Assembly: GCA_035502455.1 (NCBI GenBank)
Contig: DATJUI010000015.1
Coordinates: 50,249 to 114,248, forward strand
Direction: 5' to 3'
Origin: Thermoplasmata archaeon
Lineage (GTDB): Archaea > Thermoplasmatota > Thermoplasmata > Lutacidiplasmatales > UBA184
DNA length: 64,000 nucleotides
The notes beneath the pieces are model-generated. The model did no database searches and was not told where the DNA came from. It saw nothing but the letters and a program-made list of their open reading frames with translations. The translations under genes were made by a program, and so were the position numbers. Below are positions 1 through 7,967 of this stretch, one piece after another. Numbering within the stretch: position 1 is the stretch's first letter; each line of letters begins with the position of its first letter.

Positions 1-193
1 CGACGGGACCTGGGCGCTCGACGCCGACCACCCCGACCTCGATCCCGAGCGCGGAGGGTACGCGATCCGCCGCCCGGTCCTCCCCCTGCGGCTCGAGCCG
101 ATCGGCCGGCCGAGCCGCTGGGCGACGGTGGAGGCCCTGAGCGTCCTCGCCCGCGTGGACGCCGCCCGCCGGACCGGACGCGCTCCGGCGTAG
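1..193 (+). CDS. C-terminal end of a gene that begins upstream of the window (hypothetical protein)
   Basis: Open frame running in from the window edge to TAG at 191-193, with GC3-rich codon usage typical of the real genes here; no family assignable from 63 aa. Confidence 0.3.
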   Translation, partial: DGTWALDADHPDLDPERGGYAIRRPVLPLRLEPIGRPSRWATVEALSVLARVDAARRTGRAPA

Positions 194-214
194 GGCGCGG
201 CGCGCCCCCGTCGC

Positions 215-439
215 CTACGTGCCGCGCTTGCGGCGCATGTACCGGGTCGCGTACCCGGCGATTCGGTTGGCGAGCTTCTTGTGCGTGACCTGGATCTTCC
301 CGTCGACGACGACGCCGAGGTCGGTCAGCTCGAGGACCTTCTGCTTGTTCTTCGCGAAGTCGCCCGAGAAATCGTTCGGATAGTGACGGATCAGCTCGAT
401 CGCGACCCGCTTGATGTACGTCTGGCGGATGTTGCCCAT
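215..439 (-). CDS. rps17e: 30S ribosomal protein S17e
   Basis: The C-terminal 74 aa of minus ORF 215..1066 (MGNIRQTYIKRVAIELIRHYP...KKLANRIAGYATRYMRRKRGT) match the archaeal S17e family. ATG at 437-439; the upstream part of the listed ORF is GC-driven read-through. Confidence 0.85.
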   Translation of the reverse strand: MGNIRQTYIKRVAIELIRHYPNDFSGDFAKNKQKVLELTDLGVVVDGKIQVTHKKLANRIAGYATRYMRRKRGT

Positions 440-463
440 GCGGGGGCGCGGACCCAGGTGCCG

Positions 464-470
464 TTTATAA
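464..470 (-). promoter_or_regulatory. TATA box (TTATAAA on the minus strand) about 25-31 nt upstream of the rps17e ATG
   Basis: AT-rich TTTATAA island in otherwise 70% GC DNA at canonical archaeal spacing for a leaderless transcript. Confidence 0.45.
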
Positions 471-653
471 CCGTAGCTCTCCCGCCGGTCGTTCCGCCTC
501 GTGCGGGGGCCGCCGTCGCCGGCCCGGCCGGCCGTTCGGCGGAACGCACAAATACCCAGCCCTGGGTAATTGTTGACCGTGCGCAACGGCGGAGCCGTCC
601 GGGGGGGCTCCCGGTCCGGGTAGGACCGGCTCTTCGGACCCCGCGCGCGGTCG

Positions 654-2165
654 ATGCCGGACGACACAGCTTCCTCCAACCCTGTTCCCGCACGGGAACG
701 GAACGTGCTCCTGCTCGACCTTTCGAAGAGCATGCTCGCCCCGCTGCCGGACTCGGAGAACGGGTCGTCGGTGGAGCGGCAGAAGATCGAGGTCGCCCGC
801 ACCGCGGTCTTCCAGATCCTGCAGGACGCGGTGAACGCGAGCTCGCTGTTCGGCCTCGTGACCTTCACCGAGACGGTCCGGGTCCCCGTGCCGCTCGGCG
901 AGATCCACCGGGAGAACCTCCCGTACATCGAGAACCTGATCGCGCTCCTCCAGCCGAGCGGCCGGTCCGCCATCTGGGACGCCCTGGCCGTCGGCGCGGA
1001 CCTGCTGCGGTCGGGGACGAACGGGGTCCGCGGCAACCTCGTGCTCGTCACGGACGGCTGGGACAACGCGTCGACGCGGTTCGACGTGCGCGCGAAGCCG
1101 GACGCCGCGCTCGGCGCGGGCCGGGTCGACCTGGTCCCCTACGTCCTGCCGGCGAACTCGAAGGTGACGCTGCGGATCATCGGGATCGGCAGCGGCGCCG
1201 AGCGCGACAAGGGCGTCGACGTCGGGCGGATGGGCCAGTTCCTCGAGCAGATGAACGGGCGCGCGTCGTCCCTCGGGCTCCCGGCCGCGTTCACCTTCCA
1301 GGAGGTGACGACCGGCGGCCAGCTGTTCGCGCAGATGGTCAACGCGTTCGTCGACGTCGGCTACGACGACGACGCGCCGATCGAGGACCTCCATCCCGAG
1401 GAGCTCGCGCGCCACGCGGCGAACGCCGCGCGGGCGCTCAAGGAGCCGCAGCAGCACGCGACGGTCGCCAAGATCCACGCCGGGGCGCCCGCGTCCCGGG
1501 CCGACCCGGACACCACGTTCTCGGAGGCACCCGACCTCGAGGTCGACGTCGTCGCGACGGCGACCCACGGGGGCGCCCCGATCTCGCTCAAGGAGCGGTA
1601 CGGTCCGCTCGGCGAGGTGATCGAGGCGTACCAGGCCGGCGACTTCGACACCGCGCTCCAGTTGATCGGTCGGACCCAGGGCGTGGTGCCGCCCGTCACC
1701 CGACTCTACTGGGAGGCCCGCATCCAGTACGCCCGGCGCGCGATCGTCGAGGCGGCGCGCGCGCTCCTGCAGGCGTGGACCGAGGCGGAGAAGCTGCCGC
1801 CGGCGACGCAGGCGCGGATCCTGCGCCGGCTCGCGCTGCTCCAGGCGCGCATGCAGAACGACAAGGAGACGGAGACGCTCGTCCGGTTCATCGACGAGAC
1901 GGAGCACCGGCTCGGCAACGGCGACCCGAAGGGCCGCGAGCGGCTCATGGACCTGTTCACGAAGCTGATGGAGCTGCGGGGAACGTACCAGCTCACCCAG
2001 CTCGCCGGCGAGGGCGACCTCCAGGACGCCGCCTTAAAGCACGAGGCGGCGGTCGAGGAGGTCTTCGGCCTCCTCCAGGACGCCCGCCTCGACCTCTCGT
2101 CGTCCGGCTCGGTCGTCGAGGGGGCGCTCGACTTCATCGAGATATGCCTCGCGGAGATGCGGTAG
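654..2165 (+). CDS. von Willebrand factor A (vWA) domain protein with a helical C-terminal region
   Basis: N-terminal MIDAS signature (VLLLDLSKSM ... GRSAIWDAL ... LVLVTDGWDN), i.e. the DxSxS...T...D metal-site pattern of vWA domains. The C-terminal ~250 aa are predicted helical. Confidence 0.8.
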   Translation: MPDDTASSNPVPARERNVLLLDLSKSMLAPLPDSENGSSVERQKIEVARTAVFQILQDAVNASSLFGLVTFTETVRVPVPLGEIHRENLPYIENLIALLQPSGRSAIWDALAVGADLLRSGTNGVRGNLVLVTDGWDNASTRFDVRAKPDAALGAGRVDLVPYVLPANSKVTLRIIGIGSGAERDKGVDVGRMGQFLEQMNGRASSLGLPAAFTFQEVTTGGQLFAQMVNAFVDVGYDDDAPIEDLHPEELARHAANAARALKEPQQHATVAKIHAGAPASRADPDTTFSEAPDLEVDVVATATHGGAPISLKERYGPLGEVIEAYQAGDFDTALQLIGRTQGVVPPVTRLYWEARIQYARRAIVEAARALLQAWTEAEKLPPATQARILRRLALLQARMQNDKETETLVRFIDETEHRLGNGDPKGRERLMDLFTKLMELRGTYQLTQLAGEGDLQDAALKHEAAVEEVFGLLQDARLDLSSSGSVVEGALDFIEICLAEMR

Positions 2166-2175
2166 GGAGAACGGG

Positions 2176-3342
2176 ATGCCCGCGGTGAAGGTGACCACAC
2201 GGACCCGACGCCCGGCCGGCGCGAAGCGCGAGATGAAGCGGGGCCCGGACACGGCGCGGATCGCCGTCGTCGGGATCCCGGCCTCGGGCAAGACGACGTA
2301 CTTCAGGTTCCTCTCGGGGCATTTCGGGCTCAACCTGCCGATCCTGTACATCCCGGCCCGGGTCGACAACGGGACGATGCCGCTGTACGGGGACCTCGAG
2401 AACGACGTCGCGCTCGAGGAGACGACGTACGAGACGACCGACCCCACCGACCCCGAGGGGAGCCTCGAGACGACGACCCGGTACTACGTCAATCGGCCGA
2501 TGGAGGACCGGCGCAAGCTGTGGGTCGAGCTCTCGGCGGGCCGGGAGGACCAGGGGATCCTCACGAAGTACCCGCTGCCGACCAAGTTCAACCAGTTCGT
2601 CGAGATGAAGCTCCGCTTCCGCTACGGGGCCGCCGACGGCGACGCCGGCTCGCGGCCGATGGAGCTGCAGACGATCGACGAGGCGGGCGGGATCATCGCC
2701 GACTACTTCACCTACGATCGGCTCTGGCTCGACTCGACCGACGCCGAGGTCTCCGAGAAGTCGTGCCGGGTGATCCCGCACTTCGACTCGTGGCGCCCCG
2801 ACCGCCGGGACCTCTGGCGCCGCGGGCTCACCCTGCTGGGACGGTTCGTCCAGGAGGCCGACGCGATCATCCTCCTGCTCGCCCCCGGGCTCCCGTCGCT
2901 GCGCGACCAGGCCCAGCAGGTCAACCTCGCCCGCGGCGTGTTCCGGTACGTCCGGGCCCGCAACCTCCCGCTCGTCATCGCGATCTCGAAGTCGGACAAG
3001 CTCAACGAGTTCTACGGCGAGGTCGAGCAGTCCGTGCGGGACCGCACGTTCCGCAGCGCGTTCGATCCCGTCGACTTCCTGCTCCGGCGCGACGGGGCCG
3101 GGATGGGCACGATCCTCGTCGCCCAGGAAGGGCGGGGGATCTCGGTGAAGGAGGACGTCTACCTGATCGCGTCCGCGGTCTCGACCGGCGAAGGGCACCC
3201 GCTGTTCATCGGCGAGACCGGTCAGGAGGCGCCGACGTCCGGCACGACCACGCTGGGGGTCCCCGTGATGGTCAACACGACCCTGCCGCTCGCGCGCGCC
3301 TGCGAGCGGATCCTCGCGCTCCGCGCGACCAAGGGGTCGTGA
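2176..3342 (+). CDS. Divergent Ras-like small GTPase (P-loop NTPase) with a long insertion between G1 and G3
   Basis: G1 GIPASGKTT, G3 IDEAGG (DxxG), G4 AISKSDK (NKxD variant SKSD) and G5 ASAV in canonical order. It starts 10 nt after the vWA gene, and its stop overlaps the next start (ATGA). Confidence 0.7.
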   Translation: MPAVKVTTRTRRPAGAKREMKRGPDTARIAVVGIPASGKTTYFRFLSGHFGLNLPILYIPARVDNGTMPLYGDLENDVALEETTYETTDPTDPEGSLETTTRYYVNRPMEDRRKLWVELSAGREDQGILTKYPLPTKFNQFVEMKLRFRYGAADGDAGSRPMELQTIDEAGGIIADYFTYDRLWLDSTDAEVSEKSCRVIPHFDSWRPDRRDLWRRGLTLLGRFVQEADAIILLLAPGLPSLRDQAQQVNLARGVFRYVRARNLPLVIAISKSDKLNEFYGEVEQSVRDRTFRSAFDPVDFLLRRDGAGMGTILVAQEGRGISVKEDVYLIASAVSTGEGHPLFIGETGQEAPTSGTTTLGVPVMVNTTLPLARACERILALRATKGS

Positions 3343-6332
3343 TGGCCGCGGCCGAGCCGCGCGCCGTCGGGACCCTCGCGCCGATCGCGGTCGTCTGGTG
3401 CCGGCAGGTCGACAACGAGGCGGAGAGCCCGGGCTACACGACGATCCCCGAGGAGTTCCCCGGCCGGCGGGACACCCTGGAGACGATCCGGCACGTCGGG
3501 AACCTCACGATCAACGTCGCCGACACCCACGACTACTGGGACCCCGAGCCCGGGCAGACGCTGTCGTACTACCCGAACCTGTTCCTGTACCCCACCGCCG
3601 GCGGACGTCACATCTGCGTCGGCCGGATGTTCCTCTCCACCGAGGACCGCCCGCGGCTCGGGATGAAGACGCTCGTCTTCGACACCGCCACGCTGGTCGA
3701 GTCCGGGGACTTCGGCGGGGCCCTCCTGCGCGCCCACGCGACGATGGGGTCGAGGTCCGAGGGGCCGCGCAAGGCGGAGGCCGAGCCCGACCCGTCCGTG
3801 ATCGCGGCGGTCGGCGAGGGGTTCCTCTTCCACCGCGGCTCGACCGAGGCGGTCGTCCTCGTCGCCGCCGAGCAGTGGGAGGCCGCCAACCGGGTGCTCG
3901 CCGAGCTCGTGCGGCGGCTGCCCGTCTCGCTCGTCGCCCTCGGCGCGTTCCTGTCGTTCCCGTACTTCCTGCCCGAGGCGAAGGTGAACCTCCACGAGTT
4001 CACCGAGTCGCTGCCGCTCGCGCTGGCGATCATGCGCGTCCCCCGCGGCGAGGCCCAGGGCGAACGGCACGCGAAGCGCCTGTCGAGCTGGGAGGCCGGC
4101 CCCGTCGCGGTCCGCGACCTCACCCGCCCGTCGCCCGGCCGCGCGAAGGAGACCCTCCCGACCGTCCTCCAGTACGTCCGCGACCACGCCGACGACAAGC
4201 TCGCGGAGATCGCCCGGCGCGTCGATCTCGTCGAGCTGCCCCGCCTGCGCTCCTCCGGGACGGATCCCGAGCACCAGACCGGCCGCGACCGGCGCAAGGA
4301 GATGTGGCGGATCGGGACGGCGATGGAGACCGCCGCGCTCCTGATCGCGCGCCCGAAGGGCCGGACCGTGCCCGTGAGCGCCGACGCGAGCCGGCGGGCG
4401 AACGAGTACCTGCGCGCCCGTCCGGCCGACGGCGTCGGCCCGGTCGAGCCGACCGCGCCGCCCCCGCTCGATCTCCCCGCCCCGGCGGCGTCGCCCCTCG
4501 TCGCCCAGCTCCCGCCGTGGCTGCAGCGGCCGGCCGAGGTGACGCTCCCGCCGGCCGGCCCGGTCGCCGTGCCGGTGTCGATCAGCGACGACCCGTCGCT
4601 CCAGCGCAATCCGGCGCCGCCCGCCGTCGCGAGCGGCCCGACCCCGGGCGCCCCGCCCGGGGCGAACGACCCCGACCTCGAGGCCTGGCTCCGCCGGGAG
4701 GTCGAGGCCCGGTTCCAGGAGCTCAGCCGCGCGCTGCCCCCGAGCCCCGGCACCGCCGCCTTCGAGCAGCGGATGCAGGAGCTCGGCCGCGAGCTCGAGT
4801 CGAAGTGGACCCGGGCCCTCGAGACCCGGGTGCGCGAGGTCGCCGAGGTCGAGGCCCGGGCGATCCTGTCGCTCCAGCACGACCTCTCGGGCCGGCTCAA
4901 CGCCGTGGAGGCGCGGCCGGTCCCCGTGCTGCCGCCGAGCGCCGACGAGACAGCCCAGCAGATCCGCACGGCCGTCGAGGCGCGGGCGCAGCTGCTCGCC
5001 GAGACGCTGCGCGAGAGCGTCCGCCAGTCGAGCGAGATGTGGGCGGCCGCGCTCAAGCTCGAGCTCCACCGGTCCGTCGACGAGCTCGCGGCGAAGTCGG
5101 CCCGCTCCGAGGAGGAGCTCCGCGCCGGCCTCGTCGCCCAGCTCGACCTCGAGCTGCGGGAGACGAAGGAGCAGGCGACCGCGCTGCGCGAGGAGGTCGA
5201 AGGGCGGGTGCGCGACCTCCTCAACGAGCGGTGGAACGAGATCGACCAGCGGCGCCAGAAGGAGGTCCGGGACGTGGAGCAGCGGCTCACGCTCCTCTCC
5301 GACGGGCGCGCGAAGGACCTCGAGGCGAAGCTGACGTCGATGATCGCCGCGGAACGGGAGCGCACCCAGGCCGCCTTCGAAGAGCGGGTCCAGGCCGCCG
5401 AGCGCCGGCTCGCCGTCGAGCAGGAGTCCCGGGCGACCGAGGTCTCCGAATCGCAGGGCCAGTCGCTCGCCGGGTTCCAGGTGAGGATGCAGGCGTTCTT
5501 CGAGCAGAAGCTCCGGGAGAACCAGGAGCGGGAACGCGAGAAGTACGTGGAACTGCTCGCCCGCTTCAAGGGCGAGGTCGACTCGGCCCTCGGCCGCACG
5601 ATCGACTCGACCAAGTTCGACGCGGCCGTTCGGGAGCGCGTCGCGCGCGTCCTGGACGCGGCGCGCGCGGACCAGGAGAAGACGATCGCCTCGCGCGTCA
5701 CCGACGCCGAGGTCCGCCTGCGCTCGGCGCAGGAGGAGGCCGCGCTGCGGCTCGAGCGGGTCGAGTCGAAGCTCCAGCAGCGGGAGACCGACCTCGCGCG
5801 CATCGAGCGGTCGGTGCGGCACGACGCGGAGGAGATCGAGCGCCGGGTGCAGGTGCTGACCGACCGGATGCTGCCGCTCGTCCGCAAGACGTGGCTCAAG
5901 GTCGGCGAGCTCGAGAAGGCCGGTCCGATCCCGGGCGACGTCGAGGCCCGGACCGAGGCGATCCGGCGGGAGATGACCCGCGAGCTGCGCCGCATCGAGG
6001 GCGAGATGCTCGAGCAGACGACGGAGCTCCGCGACCGGCTCGAGACCACGATCTCCCAGCAGGGCCGCATCTGGCTCAACTTCGTCCACCAGCTCGCGGA
6101 GGCCGGCGCGAACCTGATGCCGGCCGATGCGTCGAGCGGCCGCTCGTCGCGCCGGCTCGCGCCGCGGCCGAACCTCGGCCGCGCCGAGGACGCGGACGTC
6201 GACCTGCGGGCGACCGCCGGGGTCGACGCGTTCGCCGAGGACCCCGCGAACCCGCTCGACCCGGATCCGCTCGCCGATCCCGAGGCGGGCCGGGACGTCC
6301 GCCGCCGCAGCCGCCCCCGGACGGGCGGCTAG
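3342..6332 (+). CDS. Large (~996 aa) protein: globular N-terminal region, Pro/Ala-rich linker, ~450-aa coiled coil
   Basis: Internal ATG at 3342 overlaps the upstream stop, so the listed ORF 2520..6332 is over-extended at the N-terminus. Residues ~480-930 are continuous heptad-like charged, Ala/Leu/Glu/Arg-rich sequence (EARAILSLQHDLSGRLNAVE... ELRAGLVAQLDLELRETKEQ...). Confidence 0.7.
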   Translation: MAAAEPRAVGTLAPIAVVWCRQVDNEAESPGYTTIPEEFPGRRDTLETIRHVGNLTINVADTHDYWDPEPGQTLSYYPNLFLYPTAGGRHICVGRMFLSTEDRPRLGMKTLVFDTATLVESGDFGGALLRAHATMGSRSEGPRKAEAEPDPSVIAAVGEGFLFHRGSTEAVVLVAAEQWEAANRVLAELVRRLPVSLVALGAFLSFPYFLPEAKVNLHEFTESLPLALAIMRVPRGEAQGERHAKRLSSWEAGPVAVRDLTRPSPGRAKETLPTVLQYVRDHADDKLAEIARRVDLVELPRLRSSGTDPEHQTGRDRRKEMWRIGTAMETAALLIARPKGRTVPVSADASRRANEYLRARPADGVGPVEPTAPPPLDLPAPAASPLVAQLPPWLQRPAEVTLPPAGPVAVPVSISDDPSLQRNPAPPAVASGPTPGAPPGANDPDLEAWLRREVEARFQELSRALPPSPGTAAFEQRMQELGRELESKWTRALETRVREVAEVEARAILSLQHDLSGRLNAVEARPVPVLPPSADETAQQIRTAVEARAQLLAETLRESVRQSSEMWAAALKLELHRSVDELAAKSARSEEELRAGLVAQLDLELRETKEQATALREEVEGRVRDLLNERWNEIDQRRQKEVRDVEQRLTLLSDGRAKDLEAKLTSMIAAERERTQAAFEERVQAAERRLAVEQESRATEVSESQGQSLAGFQVRMQAFFEQKLRENQEREREKYVELLARFKGEVDSALGRTIDSTKFDAAVRERVARVLDAARADQEKTIASRVTDAEVRLRSAQEEAALRLERVESKLQQRETDLARIERSVRHDAEEIERRVQVLTDRMLPLVRKTWLKVGELEKAGPIPGDVEARTEAIRREMTRELRRIEGEMLEQTTELRDRLETTISQQGRIWLNFVHQLAEAGANLMPADASSGRSSRRLAPRPNLGRAEDADVDLRATAGVDAFAEDPANPLDPDPLADPEAGRDVRRRSRPRTGG

Positions 6333-6364
6333 GCTAAGCCCGCGCCCGCGCTGCCCGCGGCCCC

Positions 6365-6553
6365 GTGACCGTTCCCGACGACCACCGGCACTGCAAGGTC
6401 TGCGGACGGGCGTGCGCGCCGGAGTCCGAGACGTGCAGCCGGGCGTGCGCCCAGCGCCGGGCCGACCAGCTCCAGACCCGCCGGATGTACAGCTACCTCA
6501 TGTATGGCGCGATCGCGCTCCTGGTCATCGTGCTGGTCTCGCACTACCTGTAG
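6365..6553 (+). CDS. Small zinc-ribbon protein with a C-terminal transmembrane helix
   Basis: CKVCGRACAPESETCSRAC (CxxC...CxxxC) followed by a hydrophobic tail YLMYGAIALLVIVLVSHYL. Short, so uncertain. Confidence 0.4.
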   Translation: MTVPDDHRHCKVCGRACAPESETCSRACAQRRADQLQTRRMYSYLMYGAIALLVIVLVSHYL

Positions 6554-6565
6554 GGGCGGCGCGCG

Positions 6566-7363
6566 ATGCCTCGGTTCGGGACGGCGGTCCTGGGCGGCAC
6601 GTTCGACCGGTTCCACGTCGGCCACGCGGCCCTGCTGGCCGCGGCGTTCGCCGCCGGACGGACCGTCGCGATCGGCCTCACGACCCCGGGGTACCTCGCC
6701 GCCCACCCGAAGCCGGACGGCGGCCGGATCCAGCCGTACGCGACGCGGCGAGCGGCCGTCGTGCGCTGGATCCGCCGGGCCCGGCCCCACGCCGCCTTCC
6801 GGATCGTGGCGCTCCGCGACCCGTTCGGCGGGTCGGTCGGCCCCGGGGTCGACGTGCTGGTCGTCTCCGCGGAGACCCGGCGCGGCGGGGCGGCGGTCAA
6901 CCGGGAGCGCCGGCGCCGCGGCCTCCCCGCCGTCCCCGTCGTCACCGTCCCGATCGTGCTCGCCGACGACCTCGGTCCGGTCAGCTCCCGGCGGATCCGC
7001 GCGGGCGAGATCGACCGGTCGGGGGGGCGACGCGCACCGATCGCGATCGGGCTCTCGGTCCCGCCCGCGCTCCGCGCGTCGGCGGTCCGCGGCGTGCGGC
7101 GGGCGTTCCCGACCGCCCGCCTCGCGCTCCTCGGCGGGCCGTTCCCGCGAGCGGGCCCCCCGCGGCGCGGGCTCTCGAGGCTCGCCGCGGCGGCGGGCGC
7201 CGGCCGCGACCTGGGGGTCGCGGTCCGGGTCGGACCGGCGGGCGACGCGTGGGCCGCCGAGGCGACGGCGACCGTCGCGCTCGCCCCGACGCTCCTGACC
7301 CGGCCCGACGCGGGCCGGATCGCCGCCTGGCTGGCCCCGTCCCGTCGGCGCAAGTCCTTTTGA
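6566..7363 (+). CDS. coaD: Archaeal-type phosphopantetheine adenylyltransferase-like cytidylyltransferase with a ~110-aa low-complexity C-terminal extension
   Basis: N-terminal GGTFDRFHVGH (nucleotidyltransferase HxGH motif) and the ISxxxIR-like region SSRRIRAGEI. The C-terminal third is Ala/Arg/Pro-rich low complexity. Confidence 0.65.
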   Translation: MPRFGTAVLGGTFDRFHVGHAALLAAAFAAGRTVAIGLTTPGYLAAHPKPDGGRIQPYATRRAAVVRWIRRARPHAAFRIVALRDPFGGSVGPGVDVLVVSAETRRGGAAVNRERRRRGLPAVPVVTVPIVLADDLGPVSSRRIRAGEIDRSGGRRAPIAIGLSVPPALRASAVRGVRRAFPTARLALLGGPFPRAGPPRRGLSRLAAAAGAGRDLGVAVRVGPAGDAWAAEATATVALAPTLLTRPDAGRIAAWLAPSRRRKSF

Positions 7364-7385
7364 CGGGCGGCGCCTCGTCCGGGCG

Positions 7386-7607
7386 ATGGAAACCTACCTT
7401 CGGGTGACGTTCGACAGCGAGGGCGGCAAACCGAGCGAGGTCGGGAACCGGCTGCGCTCGTGCGGGTTCGTCCCGACCCAGGGGAACTACGACTTCGTCT
7501 ACGACTGGAACGGACCGGCGACCCGGGACCAGATCCTCGACCTCTCGGACGAGCTCACCCGGCAGCTCCGCTCGTACCGGGTGCTGTTCGAGATCGAGAC
7601 GATCTGA
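7386..7607 (+). CDS. Small conserved protein of unknown family (paralogue of 47374..47604)
   Basis: 73 aa; shares the pattern DSEG...GF.P..G.YDFVYDW..PAT.D..L...D......RV.F.IE with the ORF at 47374..47604. Confidence 0.6.
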   Translation: METYLRVTFDSEGGKPSEVGNRLRSCGFVPTQGNYDFVYDWNGPATRDQILDLSDELTRQLRSYRVLFEIETI

Positions 7608-7649
7608 GCGCCGGTAGGGCTTTTATCGCGTCCCACCCGTACTCGGCCG

Positions 7650-7967
7650 ATGCAGCGCTACCCGGTCCGGCCGACCCACCGCAAGGGACTCGCGGCCGAG
7701 CCGCTCGCGGAGCTCCTTCGGGCGTCGTTCGAGGAGGTGCGCGTGGAGGGAGACGGCGCGTCGGCGTCGTTCGGGGCGATCGTGCGGATCGTCGCGCGCC
7801 CCGAGGGCCGGGAGCTCGCGATCGAGGTCACGATGAACCCGAAGGTCCCCGAGGAGGTCGCCGCCGAGACGATCCAGCGGTACAACCGCTTCCTCGAGGC
7901 GGTGACCGGATACTCCGCGAAGGAGCGGGCGAAGCGCCTCCGCAAAACCGCCGCCGGTGGGGAGTAA
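7650..7967 (+). CDS. Hypothetical small protein
   Basis: 105-aa ORF with balanced composition in the gap between flanking genes; no recognisable motif. Confidence 0.45.
   Translation: MQRYPVRPTHRKGLAAEPLAELLRASFEEVRVEGDGASASFGAIVRIVARPEGRELAIEVTMNPKVPEEVAAETIQRYNRFLEAVTGYSAKERAKRLRKTAAGGE

Noticed and set aside
465-1907. 480-aa ORF on the minus strand antisense to the vWA gene (also 391..693, 1139..1342, 1361..1699, 1706..2200).
   Set aside because: Arg/Pro/Gly-rich low-complexity translation with no motifs, lying opposite a gene with clear vWA signatures; typical stop-codon-poor antisense frames of 70% GC DNA.
2520-3341. N-terminal 274-aa extension of ORF 2520..6332 overlapping the GTPase gene.
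   Set aside because: The extension is RRRRR/PG-rich junk in a frame that overlaps a well-supported gene. An internal ATG at 3342 overlapping the upstream TGA gives the standard coupled-start model.
3222-6337. Three very long alternative ORFs (3222..6089 minus, 3608..6079 minus, 3398..6337 plus) overlapping the coiled-coil protein gene.
   Set aside because: They translate to Arg/Gly/Asp/Pro or Ser/Arg-rich repeats without structure. The chosen frame (3342..6332) has coherent domain architecture and heptad periodicity. The others are frame-shifted readings of a GAG/CGC/GCC-rich coding sequence.
6127-7407. 426-aa plus-strand ORF spanning the zinc-ribbon and PPAT-like genes, and the antisense ORFs 6544..7353 and 6329..6790.
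   Set aside because: Pure Arg/Pro/Gly low complexity; the real genes (6365..6553, 6566..7363) are in other frames with recognisable motifs.
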